Assembly (NCBI GenBank): GCA_021204025.1
Contig: JAJQAC010000018.1
Location: 8,549 to 72,548 of the forward strand
From: Clostridiales bacterium
GTDB lineage: Bacteria > Bacillota > Clostridia > Lachnospirales > Lachnospiraceae
Length of the DNA stretch: 64,000 nt
Reading direction: 5' to 3'
Made by a program: the position numbers and the translations under genes. Below are positions 40,638 to 50,633 of the stretch, in pieces; within the stretch, counting starts at the first letter, position 1, and each line of letters opens with the position of its first letter. The notes under the pieces were generated by a model. That model was not told where the DNA came from and did no database searches. It saw only the letters and a list, made by a program, of their open reading frames with translations.

Positions 40638-43600
40638 AGTGGACAGAGCGGCAGTCGCAGGTGATTGGACACAGGGGAGGCAATCTGCTGGTGAGCGCGG
40701 CGGCCGGCAGCGGTAAGACAGCGGTGCTGGTGGAACGGATTATCCGGATGGTGACGGACGAGGAGCATCCGGTGGATATCGACCGGATGCTGATCATGAC
40801 GTTTATCCGTGCGGCGGCGGCAGAGATGCGGGAGAGGATCCGTGAGGCAATTGAGAAAAAACTGGAAGAAATGCCGGACAATGAACATCTTCAGATGCAG
40901 GCTTCTCTGGTACATTACGCGCAGATTACAACGATTGACAGCTTTTGCCTGAACCTGATCCGCTCATATTTTGACCGGCTGGATCTGGATCCATCGTTTC
41001 GTGTGGGCGACGAAGGAGAACTGATGCTGCTGGGGCAGGATGTCATGCAGGAGCTTTTGGAGGATTACTATGAGCAGGGAGGAGAAGATTTCCTGAATTT
41101 TGTCGATGGCTACGCGACAGGGAAAAGTGACGCACAGATCGAGGATTATATCCGGAAAGTATATACATTTGCCCAGAGCAATCCATATCCGGCTCTCTGG
41201 TTCGCGCAGTGCAGAGAGGAACTCGACAAAGATACGGAAAGCGCGCAGTGGATGCGTTTTATCTGCGACGATATCCGCGGGCAGGCGGGTGAATGCTCTG
41301 CTCAGTTAAAAGATGCCTTCCGGATCTGTGAGTCGGATGAAGTCCTGTGTGCCTATGCGTCGATGCTTCGCGAGGATTTTACCGGGCTTAAGGAACTGGC
41401 AGAGTCTTCGACGTTCGAAGAAATGTATGTCAGACTGTCGTCGTTTCGCTGGCCGACTCTTGCCCGGGTGCGGTCAAAGGAGGTGGATGCGGCGGTAAAG
41501 TCTTACGTGACCAACAGCCGGGACCGGGCCAAGAAAACAGTAAAAAAGATGCAGGAACTTTATGCCTATGATACACCGGAAGAAATGAAGCGGCAGATGA
41601 AAGAAACCGGGGCGCCGATCCGGATGCTGCTGGAACTGGCAGAGCAGTTTACTCTGCGTTACCAGGGAAAAAAGCGGGAGCGCAATCTGGTAGATTTCCA
41701 TGATCTCGAACATGAAGCACTGAGAGTTTTGATCCGTGAGGAAAATGGGCTGCCTGTTATGGAGGACGGCAGGTTTTGCTATACAGAGGCTGCGGATGAA
41801 CTGAGCCGGCAGTTTGAGGAAATTCTGATTGATGAGTATCAGGACAGTAATCTGGTGCAGGAGGCTCTGATCCGCGCGTTGTCCGCGGAGCGGTTCGGTC
41901 GGCCGGACATTTTTATGGTAGGAGATGTCAAGCAGAGCATCTACCGGTTTCGGCTTGCGCGGCCGGAGCTCTTTCTGGAAAAATACGAGTCCTATACGGA
42001 GCAGGGGACAGGAGCCGGCAGAAAGATTGAACTGGATCAGAATTTCCGGAGCCGCCGGGAGGTGCTGGACGGAGTGAATGATGTCTTTTACCGGATCATG
42101 AATCCAAATCTTGGCAGTATCCGTTATACGGAAAAAACCGCGCTGTATCCGGGAGCAGTCTTTGCGCCGTCAGAAAGGGAGGCCGGAACGGTTTCTTATG
42201 ACCCGGAGCTTCTGCTGGTGGATACCGGAGTAAAGGTTCTGGAGGAACTGGAGGAAGAAGCAGCGGAATATACTGCCAAAGAGATCGAGGCACGGCTGAT
42301 CGCACGTAAGATCCGGGAATTGACAGATCCGGAGAAAGGACTTAAGATCTGGGATAAAAATCTGGGTAAGGGCGGAGAATATCGGACTGCACAGTATCAT
42401 GATATCGTGATTCTGTTAAGAAGTTCGCTCGGCTGGACAGAGACGCTGCTTTCTGTCCTGCTCAATGAAAATATTCCTGCGTATGCAGAGTCACGGACAG
42501 GATACTTTCATACGATTGAGGTGGAGACTGTACTGAGTTTCCTGTCCGTCATTGATAATCCGATGCAGGATATCCCTCTGGCTGCGGTCCTGCATTCTCC
42601 GATCGTCGGGCTTACGGATGAAGAAATGGCGAATATGGTATCTGTTTACCGGAACTCGGCGGATAAGGAAGCTGATCGGGGAACGTGGGCGGCGATGAAG
42701 TTTTTTATGGAGCGCAGGGATGAGGATGTGGATCAGAAAATTCTTGATAAGCTGAAAAATTTTTCGGAACTTCTGACTGAAATGCGGAAAGCTGTGGTTT
42801 ATCTGCCGATCCACGAGTTGATATACCGGATTTATGAGAGAACCGGGTATTATCATTATGTATCCGCGATGCCGGCCGGACAGACGCGTCGTGCTAATCT
42901 GGATATGCTGGTGGAAAAGGCATCTGATTATGAAAAAACCAGTTATCGGGGACTTTTTCATTTTATTCGTTACATGGAAAATCTGAAAAAATATGATACG
43001 GATTTTGGAGAAGCGTCGGTGCTGGGAGAGGATGAAGATACGGTTCGGATTATGACGATCCATAAGAGTAAGGGTCTGGAATTTCCGATTGTACTGGTAG
43101 CCGGACTGGGGAAAAAATTTAACCGGCAGGACAGCTACAGCCGGGTACTCATCGACCCGGAACTGGGAATCAGTGCGGATTATCTGAACCTGGAATACCG
43201 TCTGAAAGGTTCGACCTTAAAAAAGAATGCGATGCGCAGAAAGCAGGAGATGGACAGCCTGGGTGAGGAACTGAGAGTCCTGTATGTCGCGATGACCAGG
43301 GCGAAGGAAAAACTGATTATGACAGGGACAGACCGCTATCTGGAAAAGACGATGGAGAGGTATGGTCCTGGGCGTATCCCGTTGTCGGATGGACAGATTC
43401 CCTATACGATCCTTGCCTCGGCGGGATCTTTTCTGGACTGGCTGATTATGAGCCTTGGCGGCGGAGCGAAGGTTTTGCAGGTGTCGCAGACGCGGGTAGA
43501 GGATCTGATTGACAGGGAGCTGGAACGTCAGATCGGACTGCAGGTTTCCCGCAGATCTCTGGAGGAAGAAGCTGCCGCGGTCGATATTGGCAAAGAGAGT

Positions 43601-44281
43601 TATCAAAGACTGGAAAAACGTCTGAACTGTAGTTATTCTTATGAAACAGAGGCCCGGTTGCCGGCAAAGCTGTCTGTCTCGGAACTGAAACAGCAGGGAC
43701 AGATGGAGGATGAAGCGGAGAGCGTTCGAACGACAGAGTGCGAAGGAACAGCATGGCAGAACGATAACGGTTACGGTGCAACACGGGGTACGGCATACCA
43801 TCGGGTGCTGCAGCTGCTCCCATTTGAACAGATGCATTCTGGTGAGGATGTTGCGGATTGCCTGACGGATCTGATAGAAGGAAGGAAAATTACGAAGGAA
43901 ATTTATAATCTTGTGGATGCCGGTGTTATCTGGCGGTTTCTGCAGTCAGATATCGGGAGACGGATGACAGCTGCGGCTGAAAAGGGCAGCCTTCATAAAG
44001 AGCAACAGTTTGTTATGGGTGTACCCGCCTGTGAAATGGGAGATTATGATACGGGTGAACTGGTTGTAGTTCAGGGCATTATTGATGCCTGGTTTGAAGA
44101 AAATGAGGAACTGGTCATTGTGGATTATAAGACAGACCGTATCAGAGATCCACAGGTGCTGATTGATCATTATCATATTCAGTTGGAGTATTATGCCCGC
44201 GCGCTGACGCAGTGTATGCAGATGCCGGTGAAAGAAAAAATTATTTATTCCCTTACCATGCAGAGAGAGATATCACTTTGA
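40628..44281 (+). CDS. addA: Helicase-exonuclease AddAB subunit AddA
   Basis: MSVKWTERQSQVI...SAAAGSGKT with UvrD/Rep helicase motifs and a C-terminal RecB-type nuclease (VVQGIIDAW...VDYKTD). It overlaps the addB stop by 10 nt. Confidence 0.93.
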   Translation: MSVKWTERQSQVIGHRGGNLLVSAAAGSGKTAVLVERIIRMVTDEEHPVDIDRMLIMTFIRAAAAEMRERIREAIEKKLEEMPDNEHLQMQASLVHYAQITTIDSFCLNLIRSYFDRLDLDPSFRVGDEGELMLLGQDVMQELLEDYYEQGGEDFLNFVDGYATGKSDAQIEDYIRKVYTFAQSNPYPALWFAQCREELDKDTESAQWMRFICDDIRGQAGECSAQLKDAFRICESDEVLCAYASMLREDFTGLKELAESSTFEEMYVRLSSFRWPTLARVRSKEVDAAVKSYVTNSRDRAKKTVKKMQELYAYDTPEEMKRQMKETGAPIRMLLELAEQFTLRYQGKKRERNLVDFHDLEHEALRVLIREENGLPVMEDGRFCYTEAADELSRQFEEILIDEYQDSNLVQEALIRALSAERFGRPDIFMVGDVKQSIYRFRLARPELFLEKYESYTEQGTGAGRKIELDQNFRSRREVLDGVNDVFYRIMNPNLGSIRYTEKTALYPGAVFAPSEREAGTVSYDPELLLVDTGVKVLEELEEEAAEYTAKEIEARLIARKIRELTDPEKGLKIWDKNLGKGGEYRTAQYHDIVILLRSSLGWTETLLSVLLNENIPAYAESRTGYFHTIEVETVLSFLSVIDNPMQDIPLAAVLHSPIVGLTDEEMANMVSVYRNSADKEADRGTWAAMKFFMERRDEDVDQKILDKLKNFSELLTEMRKAVVYLPIHELIYRIYERTGYYHYVSAMPAGQTRRANLDMLVEKASDYEKTSYRGLFHFIRYMENLKKYDTDFGEASVLGEDEDTVRIMTIHKSKGLEFPIVLVAGLGKKFNRQDSYSRVLIDPELGISADYLNLEYRLKGSTLKKNAMRRKQEMDSLGEELRVLYVAMTRAKEKLIMTGTDRYLEKTMERYGPGRIPLSDGQIPYTILASAGSFLDWLIMSLGGGAKVLQVSQTRVEDLIDRELERQIGLQVSRRSLEEEAAAVDIGKESYQRLEKRLNCSYSYETEARLPAKLSVSELKQQGQMEDEAESVRTTECEGTAWQNDNGYGATRGTAYHRVLQLLPFEQMHSGEDVADCLTDLIEGRKITKEIYNLVDAGVIWRFLQSDIGRRMTAAAEKGSLHKEQQFVMGVPACEMGDYDTGELVVVQGIIDAWFEENEELVIVDYKTDRIRDPQVLIDHYHIQLEYYARALTQCMQMPVKEKIIYSLTMQREISL

Positions 44282-44373
44282 TCAGCCGGAAATTGTTTCT
44301 GAGATGAGATTACCCCCGCTTCATCAGGAAGCGGGGGTAATCTGTCAGGCGGAGAATCCTGCTTTGCAGGATT

Positions 44374-44505
44374 CTTATTTATCTTACAGGAAAGTTCGTC
44401 CTGTAAGATAAAAAGTCTCCGACGGATCGCACTGCGGCGGAAAGGAAGATGTCGCTGTCGCGACCCGCCGCAGGCGGAGAATTTCGCTTTGCGAAATTCT
44501 TTGTT
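44374..44505 (+). repeat. About 130 bp multi-hairpin intergenic element, copy 2
   Basis: Aligns end to end with 10775..10907 with only a few substitutions or indels by eye. It lies between convergent addA and glgD. Confidence 0.9.
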
Positions 44506-44518
44506 CTGATCGGGAAAC

Positions 44519-45661
44519 TTAAACCGTCTGTTTCTTCGCGATATATACCGGGAAAGTATCGGTGCCCTTGATCTCTTTGTTGGCACTGATTGTAACATTC
44601 TTGTCAGTGATGATGTACTCTGCGGTTGCACCCTCGCCGACTACGGTATCCTGCATCAGGATGCAGTTTTTAACCTTTGCGCCTTTGGCGACTTTGACGC
44701 CACGGGAGAGAACACAGTTCTCAATCTCACCTTCGATTACACAGCCGTCGGCTACCATGCAGTTGACAGCCTTTGCGCCTTTGATGTAACGGGTCGGGTT
44801 GTCGTCGCGTACCTTGGTATAGATGGTCTCGCCGGAGAAGAGAGCGTCCAGATTCTTCTCATCGAGAAGTTTCATGTTCTGATGGAAATAACTCTGGAGA
44901 TCACTGATCCTTGCCATATAGCCGTCATACTTGTATGCCTGTACATTCAGCTTGTCCAGATTGGGAGCCAGAATGTCGCGCTCAAAGTAAACATAGCCGC
45001 GGACATAAGCGTCACGGATCTGCTGTACCAGCAGCTTACGGGACAGGATGTAGATATTCATGGAGAAGTTCTGAACACCGGTTTCCTTTGAGTTGACCTT
45101 AATCTCATTTACGCGGCCATCAGCGATATCGAAGGTGTAATAAAGTCCTTTGTTGTTGGACTGGTTTTCGATTGCGCTTTCCGGAATCTCCTCTTCATCG
45201 TAGACAACTGTAACATCGGCGCCGCTCGCGGTGTGCGCGTTGATCAGCTTCTTAAAATCAAAGTTGACTGCGATATTCGTGTCAGCCATGACTACGTATT
45301 CTTCCTTCTGGCTGGACAGGAATTCAAGAATGCTGGCCAGAGCTTCGATCCGGCCGTTATAGACCTTTACGGATTTCTCGGCGAAAGGAGGAACGATGTT
45401 CAGACCGCCGTTTTTACAGGTCAGATCCCACTCGCGTCCGGAACCAAGATGATCCATCAGAGAGTGATAGTTCTTCCGTACGATCAGGGAGATATTGTCA
45501 ATTCCGCTGTTTACCATACTGGAAAGGATAAAGTCCACCAGGCGGTAACGGCTTGCAAAGGGAATGGAAGCCATAAGACGCTCAGTAACCAGTTCCGGAA
45601 CTAAAGCATCATAACTGTTTGGGAAAATAATACCCAGAGCGTTTGCGTTGGAGTTGATCAT
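44519..45661 (-). CDS. glgD: Glucose-1-phosphate adenylyltransferase subunit GlgD
   Basis: 380 aa paralogue of GlgC without the GGxGxRL loop. Its start overlaps the glgC stop (TAATG). Confidence 0.9.
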   Translation of the reverse strand: MINSNANALGIIFPNSYDALVPELVTERLMASIPFASRYRLVDFILSSMVNSGIDNISLIVRKNYHSLMDHLGSGREWDLTCKNGGLNIVPPFAEKSVKVYNGRIEALASILEFLSSQKEEYVVMADTNIAVNFDFKKLINAHTASGADVTVVYDEEEIPESAIENQSNNKGLYYTFDIADGRVNEIKVNSKETGVQNFSMNIYILSRKLLVQQIRDAYVRGYVYFERDILAPNLDKLNVQAYKYDGYMARISDLQSYFHQNMKLLDEKNLDALFSGETIYTKVRDDNPTRYIKGAKAVNCMVADGCVIEGEIENCVLSRGVKVAKGAKVKNCILMQDTVVGEGATAEYIITDKNVTISANKEIKGTDTFPVYIAKKQTV

Positions 45662-46866
45662 TATGCTTCACCATCCTTTTCTACATTTTCTCTTACCATG
45701 GCAGTTGGGCCAACCTTGGCGCCCGCACCGACCGTAACGCCGGATCCGACGGTAGCTACGCCCTTCTCAGAGCCGCTTGGCATCGCGCCGACGATTGCGT
45801 TCTCCTCGATGGTGACGTTCTCAGCGATGATGCAGTGTTTGACAACTGCGCCCGCCTTGATGGTGGTGCCGCCCATAACAACGGCGTCTTCGACAACTGC
45901 GCCTGCTTCGACGGTAACGCCGGCAAAGAGGATCGAGTGGATGACTTCGCCGGATACACGGCAGCCATCGGTAATCATGGAATCGGTTACAACAGCTTCT
46001 GCGCCGATGCGGTGTGCGGTCATGCCGCTGTTGCGGCTGTAAATCTTCCAGCCCTCTTCAAAGAGGTTGATGCCGCTGTTTTCCGGATCAAGCACTTCCA
46101 TATTGGCTTCCCACAGGGATGCGATGGTTCCCACATCCTTCCAGTATCCGCTGAAGTGGTATGCGTACATTCTGCGGCCGTCTTTTAAGAGGTTCGGGAT
46201 GATATTGTTGCCGAAGTCATTTTCAGAATTCGGATCCGCTTCATCCTCTTCCAGATATTTCTTCAGGATATCCCAGTTGAAGATGTAGATACCCATGGAG
46301 GCAAGATTGGATTTCGGATTCTTCGGCTTCTCCTGGAATTCCGTGATCTTATCGTTTTCATCTGCTACCATCAAACCAAAACGGGATGCATCCTCCCACG
46401 GAACTTCCATAACCGCTACGGAGAACTCAGCGTTCTTTTCCTTGTGGAAACGCAGGAAATCGCTGTAATCCTGTTTGCAGATCTGGTCACCCGAAAGGAT
46501 GATGACATACTCCGGATTGTAACGATCAATAAAGGAAATGTTCTGATAGATTGCGTTAGCAGTTCCTTTGTACCAGTCTGAGCCGGATGCCTGCTGATAC
46601 GGCGGAAGTACGTGGACGCCGCCATGCAGACGGTCGAGATCCCATGGCTGGCCGTTGCCGATGTACTCGTTGAGTACCAGAGGCTGATACTGAGTCAGGA
46701 TGCCTACAGTATCAATGCCGGAGTTGACGCAGTTCGATAACGGAAAATCGATGATACGATATTTTCCGCCAAAAGGAACTGCTGGTTTTGCCAGCTTCTG
46801 GGTCAAAGCATAAAGGCGGGACCCCTGGCCGCCGGCAAGAAGCATTGCTATCATTTCTTTTGCCAT
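45661..46866 (-). CDS. glgC: Glucose-1-phosphate adenylyltransferase
   Basis: The start [18 protein letters not shown] at 46866 follows AGGAGG. The C-terminus is a left-handed beta-helix. Confidence 0.94.
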   Translation of the reverse strand: MAKEMIAMLLAGGQGSRLYALTQKLAKPAVPFGGKYRIIDFPLSNCVNSGIDTVGILTQYQPLVLNEYIGNGQPWDLDRLHGGVHVLPPYQQASGSDWYKGTANAIYQNISFIDRYNPEYVIILSGDQICKQDYSDFLRFHKEKNAEFSVAVMEVPWEDASRFGLMVADENDKITEFQEKPKNPKSNLASMGIYIFNWDILKKYLEEDEADPNSENDFGNNIIPNLLKDGRRMYAYHFSGYWKDVGTIASLWEANMEVLDPENSGINLFEEGWKIYSRNSGMTAHRIGAEAVVTDSMITDGCRVSGEVIHSILFAGVTVEAGAVVEDAVVMGGTTIKAGAVVKHCIIAENVTIEENAIVGAMPSGSEKGVATVGSGVTVGAGAKVGPTAMVRENVEKDGEA

Positions 46867-47008
46867 AATAGTTCCTCCTGAAAAATTGTTTATATGCAAA
46901 TTGTAACACGATTTTTGGAAAAACGGTAGTATTTTGTGTAAAATATTTGAAAGAATTTCTCCGTGATTTATGTTAAACTGGGAAATGACTACGGAAAGGA
47001 TGAAAAAA

Positions 47009-47185
47009 ATGAAGTCGAATTGTGAGAGTTGCCTTTATTATGAGTATGATGAGGACTATGAGTGCTATGTTTGCGATATGGATCTGGACGAAGATGAGAT
47101 GGCCAGATTTATGCAGGACCGCTTTTATGAGTGTCCTTATTACCGGCAGGGGGACGAGTATCTGATTGTGAGGAAGCAGATGTAG
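47009..47185 (+). CDS. Small Cys-rich acidic protein, function unknown
   Basis: [31 protein letters not shown]...ECPYY. The start could be 47000 or 47009. It has CxxC...CxxC spacing. Confidence 0.5.
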   Translation: MKSNCESCLYYEYDEDYECYVCDMDLDEDEMARFMQDRFYECPYYRQGDEYLIVRKQM

Positions 47186-47234
47186 ATGCCTTTGATGGAA
47201 TTCTTGAAAAAAGTTAAAGCAGGAGAAACACAAG

Positions 47235-47810
47235 ATGGAAAATGTGCAGGAAAAAGTAACAGAAAGAGGGAAAAGGGATACTCATGCAGAATCTTGTGTT
47301 GTATTCCATGAGTTTGGCCCGGTGTATGATGAGACAAGCCGCGTGCTGGTGCTGGGGACGATTCCGTCCCCGAAGTCGAGAGAGCAGGGATTTTATTATG
47401 GACATCCGAGAAACCGGTTCTGGAAGATATTGTCGGCGGTATGGGAAGAAGAGGAACCAGTTACCGTGGAGGACAGGAGAGCGTTTGTGCTGCGGCATCA
47501 TATCGCGCTGTGGGATGTGCTGGCGAGCTGCAGGATCCGGGGTGCTTCGGACGCCAGTATCCGGGATGCGGTTCCCAATGATCTGAAGCAGGTGATTCAG
47601 GCGGCTCCGATCCGGGCAGTTTTTTGTACGGGAACGCGGGCGATGGATCTGTATAACCGTTACTGCAGGGCGTCTGTCGGACTGGATGGGATCCGGCTGC
47701 CGTCGACGAGTCCGGCGAACTGCGCGGTGAGCGAGGCGAAGCTGATGGAAGCATATCGAATGATTCGGCAATATACGGAAGACAAATCGTATATTTATGG
47801 TAGAAGGTAG
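47235..47810 (+). CDS. DNA-deoxyinosine glycosylase (UDG-superfamily)
   Basis: 191 aa. VLVLGTIPSPKSREQGFYYGHPRNRFW is typical of this UDG-family branch. Confidence 0.7.
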   Translation: MENVQEKVTERGKRDTHAESCVVFHEFGPVYDETSRVLVLGTIPSPKSREQGFYYGHPRNRFWKILSAVWEEEEPVTVEDRRAFVLRHHIALWDVLASCRIRGASDASIRDAVPNDLKQVIQAAPIRAVFCTGTRAMDLYNRYCRASVGLDGIRLPSTSPANCAVSEAKLMEAYRMIRQYTEDKSYIYGRR

Positions 47811-47841
47811 AAAAAAAGAATCCCGCAAAGCAGGATTCTTT
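47811..47841. terminator. Hairpin terminator (same module type as 44351..44375)
   Basis: GAATCCCGC-AAA-GCAGGATTC is flanked by A7 on the plus strand, which gives T7 for the minus-strand gene 47923..48153. Confidence 0.7.
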
Positions 47842-47922
47842 GCCCCCGGTTTTTATGAAAACCAGAGTGAAATTGAAACGATTTCATGTTATATCATCGG
47901 GAAAACGAATGTATTGGCATTA

Positions 47923-48153
47923 TTATTTCACATCAACAGTAATCATAAGAACCTTGAGCATGGGATCATTCTTCATCTCGCTTTTGACGATGCCCTTGAG
48001 CTCATCAGCAGATTTGCCTTCTGCGCCTTCCAGATCAAAGATCAGGGACATCCCCTGCTTTTTCTGAAAATGGAAGGTGACGCCTTTGTATTCTTTGCCG
48101 TCAAATAAAGCCTGAATTTCTTTCTGTTTCATGGTGCTGTTGATTTTTAACAT
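47923..48153 (-). CDS. Hypothetical small protein
   Basis: 76 aa with a strong AGGAGG RBS and a terminator downstream. I recognise no family. Confidence 0.55.
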   Translation of the reverse strand: MLKINSTMKQKEIQALFDGKEYKGVTFHFQKKQGMSLIFDLEGAEGKSADELKGIVKSEMKNDPMLKVLMITVDVK

Positions 48154-48340
48154 GGAACTTTCCTCCTGAGATTATAATGTTGTCATTATTATACAACAGG
48201 ATTTTTGGCTCGTAAAGTGCTCAAATTCAAATATATTTTTTTAAATTCCTATAGCAAAAAACGGTTTCTGGTGTTAATATATCGTGGAGATTGTATCGGG
48301 AGCTGTCGGGAAAGTCGTGCAGGACAGTTGATCGTGTGCA

Positions 48341-48410
48341 GGGGGCTATATTTTACAGAGGGCTATATTTTACAGGGGGCTATATTTTATCAGGGGTATA
48401 TTTTATTTTA
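48341..48410 (+). repeat. Four tandem 17-18 bp repeats (GGGGGCTATATTTTACA-like) in the promoter region of a MATE gene
   Basis: Units lie at 48341..48357, 48358..48374, 48375..48392 and 48393..48410. The tract ends 21 nt before the ATG at 48432. Confidence 0.9.
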
Positions 48411-48431
48411 GAAGGAATGGTATAACTGAAG

Positions 48432-49799
48432 ATGAATGCGGTTCACAAGACTTATGAGATGGACATGTGTAACGGACCTGTTTTTTCCAAACTTGTCATT
48501 TTTTCAATTCCGGTGATTCTCTCCGGGATTCTTCAGCTCCTTTTTAACGCGGCGGACGTCATTGTTGTCGGTCATTTTGCGGGAAGCGAATCGCTGGCGG
48601 CTGTGGGTTCTACGACATCACTGATTAATCTGCTGATCAATCTGTTTATCGGGCTTTCGGTTGGCGCGAATGTTCTGGTAGCTCAGACTTATGGTGCGCA
48701 GAAGTACCGGGATCTGGAGGATACGGTGCAGACGGCTATGATGATGGCGGTTGTGGGAGGATTTATCCTTCTGGCCGTAGGGGAATGTCTGTCCGGACCG
48801 ATACTTACGTTGATGGGAACTCCGGATAACGTGCTGCCGCTTTCGGCAATTTATATGAAAATGTATTTTCTGGGGATGCCGGCCACGATCGTTTACAATT
48901 TTGGCAGCGCTATCCTGCGGGCGGTCGGAGATACGAAGCGACCATTGTATTATCTGATTGCGGCGGGGATATTAAATGTGTCTCTGAATCTCTTTTTTGT
49001 GATTGGCTGTCATATGGGCGTGGCGGGCGTTGGTCTGGCGACGTCGATTTCGCAGTATGTTTCCGCAACGCTGATCATCCGGTGCCTGACACACACGGAT
49101 GGTCCGTATCGTGTGGATATGAAAAAGCTGCGTATCGTACCGCAGAAGGCGGCTCTGATTGCTCATGTGGGAATACCGGCAGGGCTTCAGGGCATTGTCT
49201 TTTCCATATCGAATGTGCTGATTCAGTCTTCGATCAATTCGTTTGGCTCGACAGCGATGGCGGGAAGTACGGCTGCGTCGAATATCGAGGGTTTTGTCTA
49301 TAACGCTATGAATGGAGTATATCAGACGACATTAAGCTTCTCAAGTCAGAATTACGGGGCTCGAAAATACGGCCGTATGACAAAGATCCTGATTTATTGT
49401 CTGGGTCTCGTGACGCTGATCGGAGTTGTGTTGGGAGGAGGCGCATATCTGATGGGACGACAGCTCTTACGGGTTTATTCTTCTGATCTGAGAGTGATAG
49501 AATATGGAATGCTGCGTCTCAAATACCTTTGTTCTGTTTATTTCCTCTGCGGGCTGATGGACACGATGGTAGGCGGGATCCGTGGGATGGGATATTCCGT
49601 CATGCCGATGATCGTATCTCTGACTGGCGCCTGTCTGATGAGGGTTGTCTGGATCTTTACGATCTTTCAGGTGATTCATACACTTGACATCCTGTATCTG
49701 TCGTATCCGGTGACCTGGGTGATTACTTTTCTGGCGCATGTGGTCTGTTATCTGATGGCGCGCCGTAAACTGGCGCGTAAGCTGGCGGCCGCAATGTAA
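48432..49799 (+). CDS. MATE-family efflux transporter (3 of 4)
   Basis: 455 aa, 12-TM, with the MATE N-terminus (PVILSGILQLLFNAADVIVVGHF). Confidence 0.88.
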   Translation: MNAVHKTYEMDMCNGPVFSKLVIFSIPVILSGILQLLFNAADVIVVGHFAGSESLAAVGSTTSLINLLINLFIGLSVGANVLVAQTYGAQKYRDLEDTVQTAMMMAVVGGFILLAVGECLSGPILTLMGTPDNVLPLSAIYMKMYFLGMPATIVYNFGSAILRAVGDTKRPLYYLIAAGILNVSLNLFFVIGCHMGVAGVGLATSISQYVSATLIIRCLTHTDGPYRVDMKKLRIVPQKAALIAHVGIPAGLQGIVFSISNVLIQSSINSFGSTAMAGSTAASNIEGFVYNAMNGVYQTTLSFSSQNYGARKYGRMTKILIYCLGLVTLIGVVLGGGAYLMGRQLLRVYSSDLRVIEYGMLRLKYLCSVYFLCGLMDTMVGGIRGMGYSVMPMIVSLTGACLMRVVWIFTIFQVIHTLDILYLSYPVTWVITFLAHVVCYLMARRKLARKLAAAM

Positions 49800-49821
49800 G
49801 CACCCGGTTGTATTAAGCGTC

Positions 49822-49870
49822 CGGGTGGATGTGGAAACTTTGCAGCTGACGCCGCATCCGGTTTACGCTC
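49822..49870. repeat. GCAGCTGACGC-family hairpin repeat (short copy)
   Basis: CGGGTGGATGTGGAAACTTTGCAGCTGACGCCGCATCCGGTTTACGCTC aligns with 58588..58636. Confidence 0.75.
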
Positions 49871-49877
49871 TGATTGG

Positions 49878-50522
49878 TTATTTCCGACAGGAAAGGGGAA
49901 GCCTGGCTATGGCAAACAGGGCATGAGTCAGTGCCGCTCCCAGACAGATAGCCGCAAGATAAAGAAGATTTGCGGGAAGTATGCCGATCGTGAGAGCAAG
50001 TTCATGTACGATCGGTTGTACACTCGGATGATAGGGAGAGATATAAAACATATCAGCAGTTCCATGACCGGGTGCGAGCAGATTGACGGCAGTGGCGATA
50101 CCACAGCAAAGCACAAAGAGCGGGAGCGAGTGCAGATATCCCTGCCGGCTGTTATCCGTAAGTCCGGCTGCATGACAGAAAAGCCCGATCAGGATCAGCA
50201 GGATATGCCAGCAGTATCCGTGCAGAGTCAGAGACCAGTGGATATGTGAAAATCCAGCCGGAACAGCCAGAGCGGCGATGCCGCTCATGATGTGAAAATC
50301 TCTCATGAATGTACAGATTACGGTCCGGAGTCTGGTACTGCGAAGAGGATACTGGATCAGACACAGGTACATGGGTACGCTGCATAGCTGAAAGGGAAAA
50401 TACCACCAGTCGTAGTTTCCGTGGTTGATAAAAACAGTTAAAAAAATCTGTTTATAAAGTTCACCGATGGCGAGAGCCAGGCCGGCAAGAAAGAGGATCC
50501 GGCTTGCGGTTTTTCTGGACAT
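49878..50522 (-). CDS. YwaF/TIGR02206-like integral membrane protein
   Basis: The likely start is MSRKTASR at 50522. It is polytopic, and the WWYFPFQLCSVPMYL motif recalls the YwaF family. The family call is from memory only. Confidence 0.5.
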   Translation of the reverse strand: MSRKTASRILFLAGLALAIGELYKQIFLTVFINHGNYDWWYFPFQLCSVPMYLCLIQYPLRSTRLRTVICTFMRDFHIMSGIAALAVPAGFSHIHWSLTLHGYCWHILLILIGLFCHAAGLTDNSRQGYLHSLPLFVLCCGIATAVNLLAPGHGTADMFYISPYHPSVQPIVHELALTIGILPANLLYLAAICLGAALTHALFAIARLPLSCRK

Positions 50523-50633
50523 GGTGTAAAAACAGGCTGTTATTGAATGGGTCATCATGCAGCTATTATATCATTTTTCAACGAAAGAACAAGATTTACA
50601 AAAGCAGAAACCAGTTTAAAGGAGGACGAGTTT

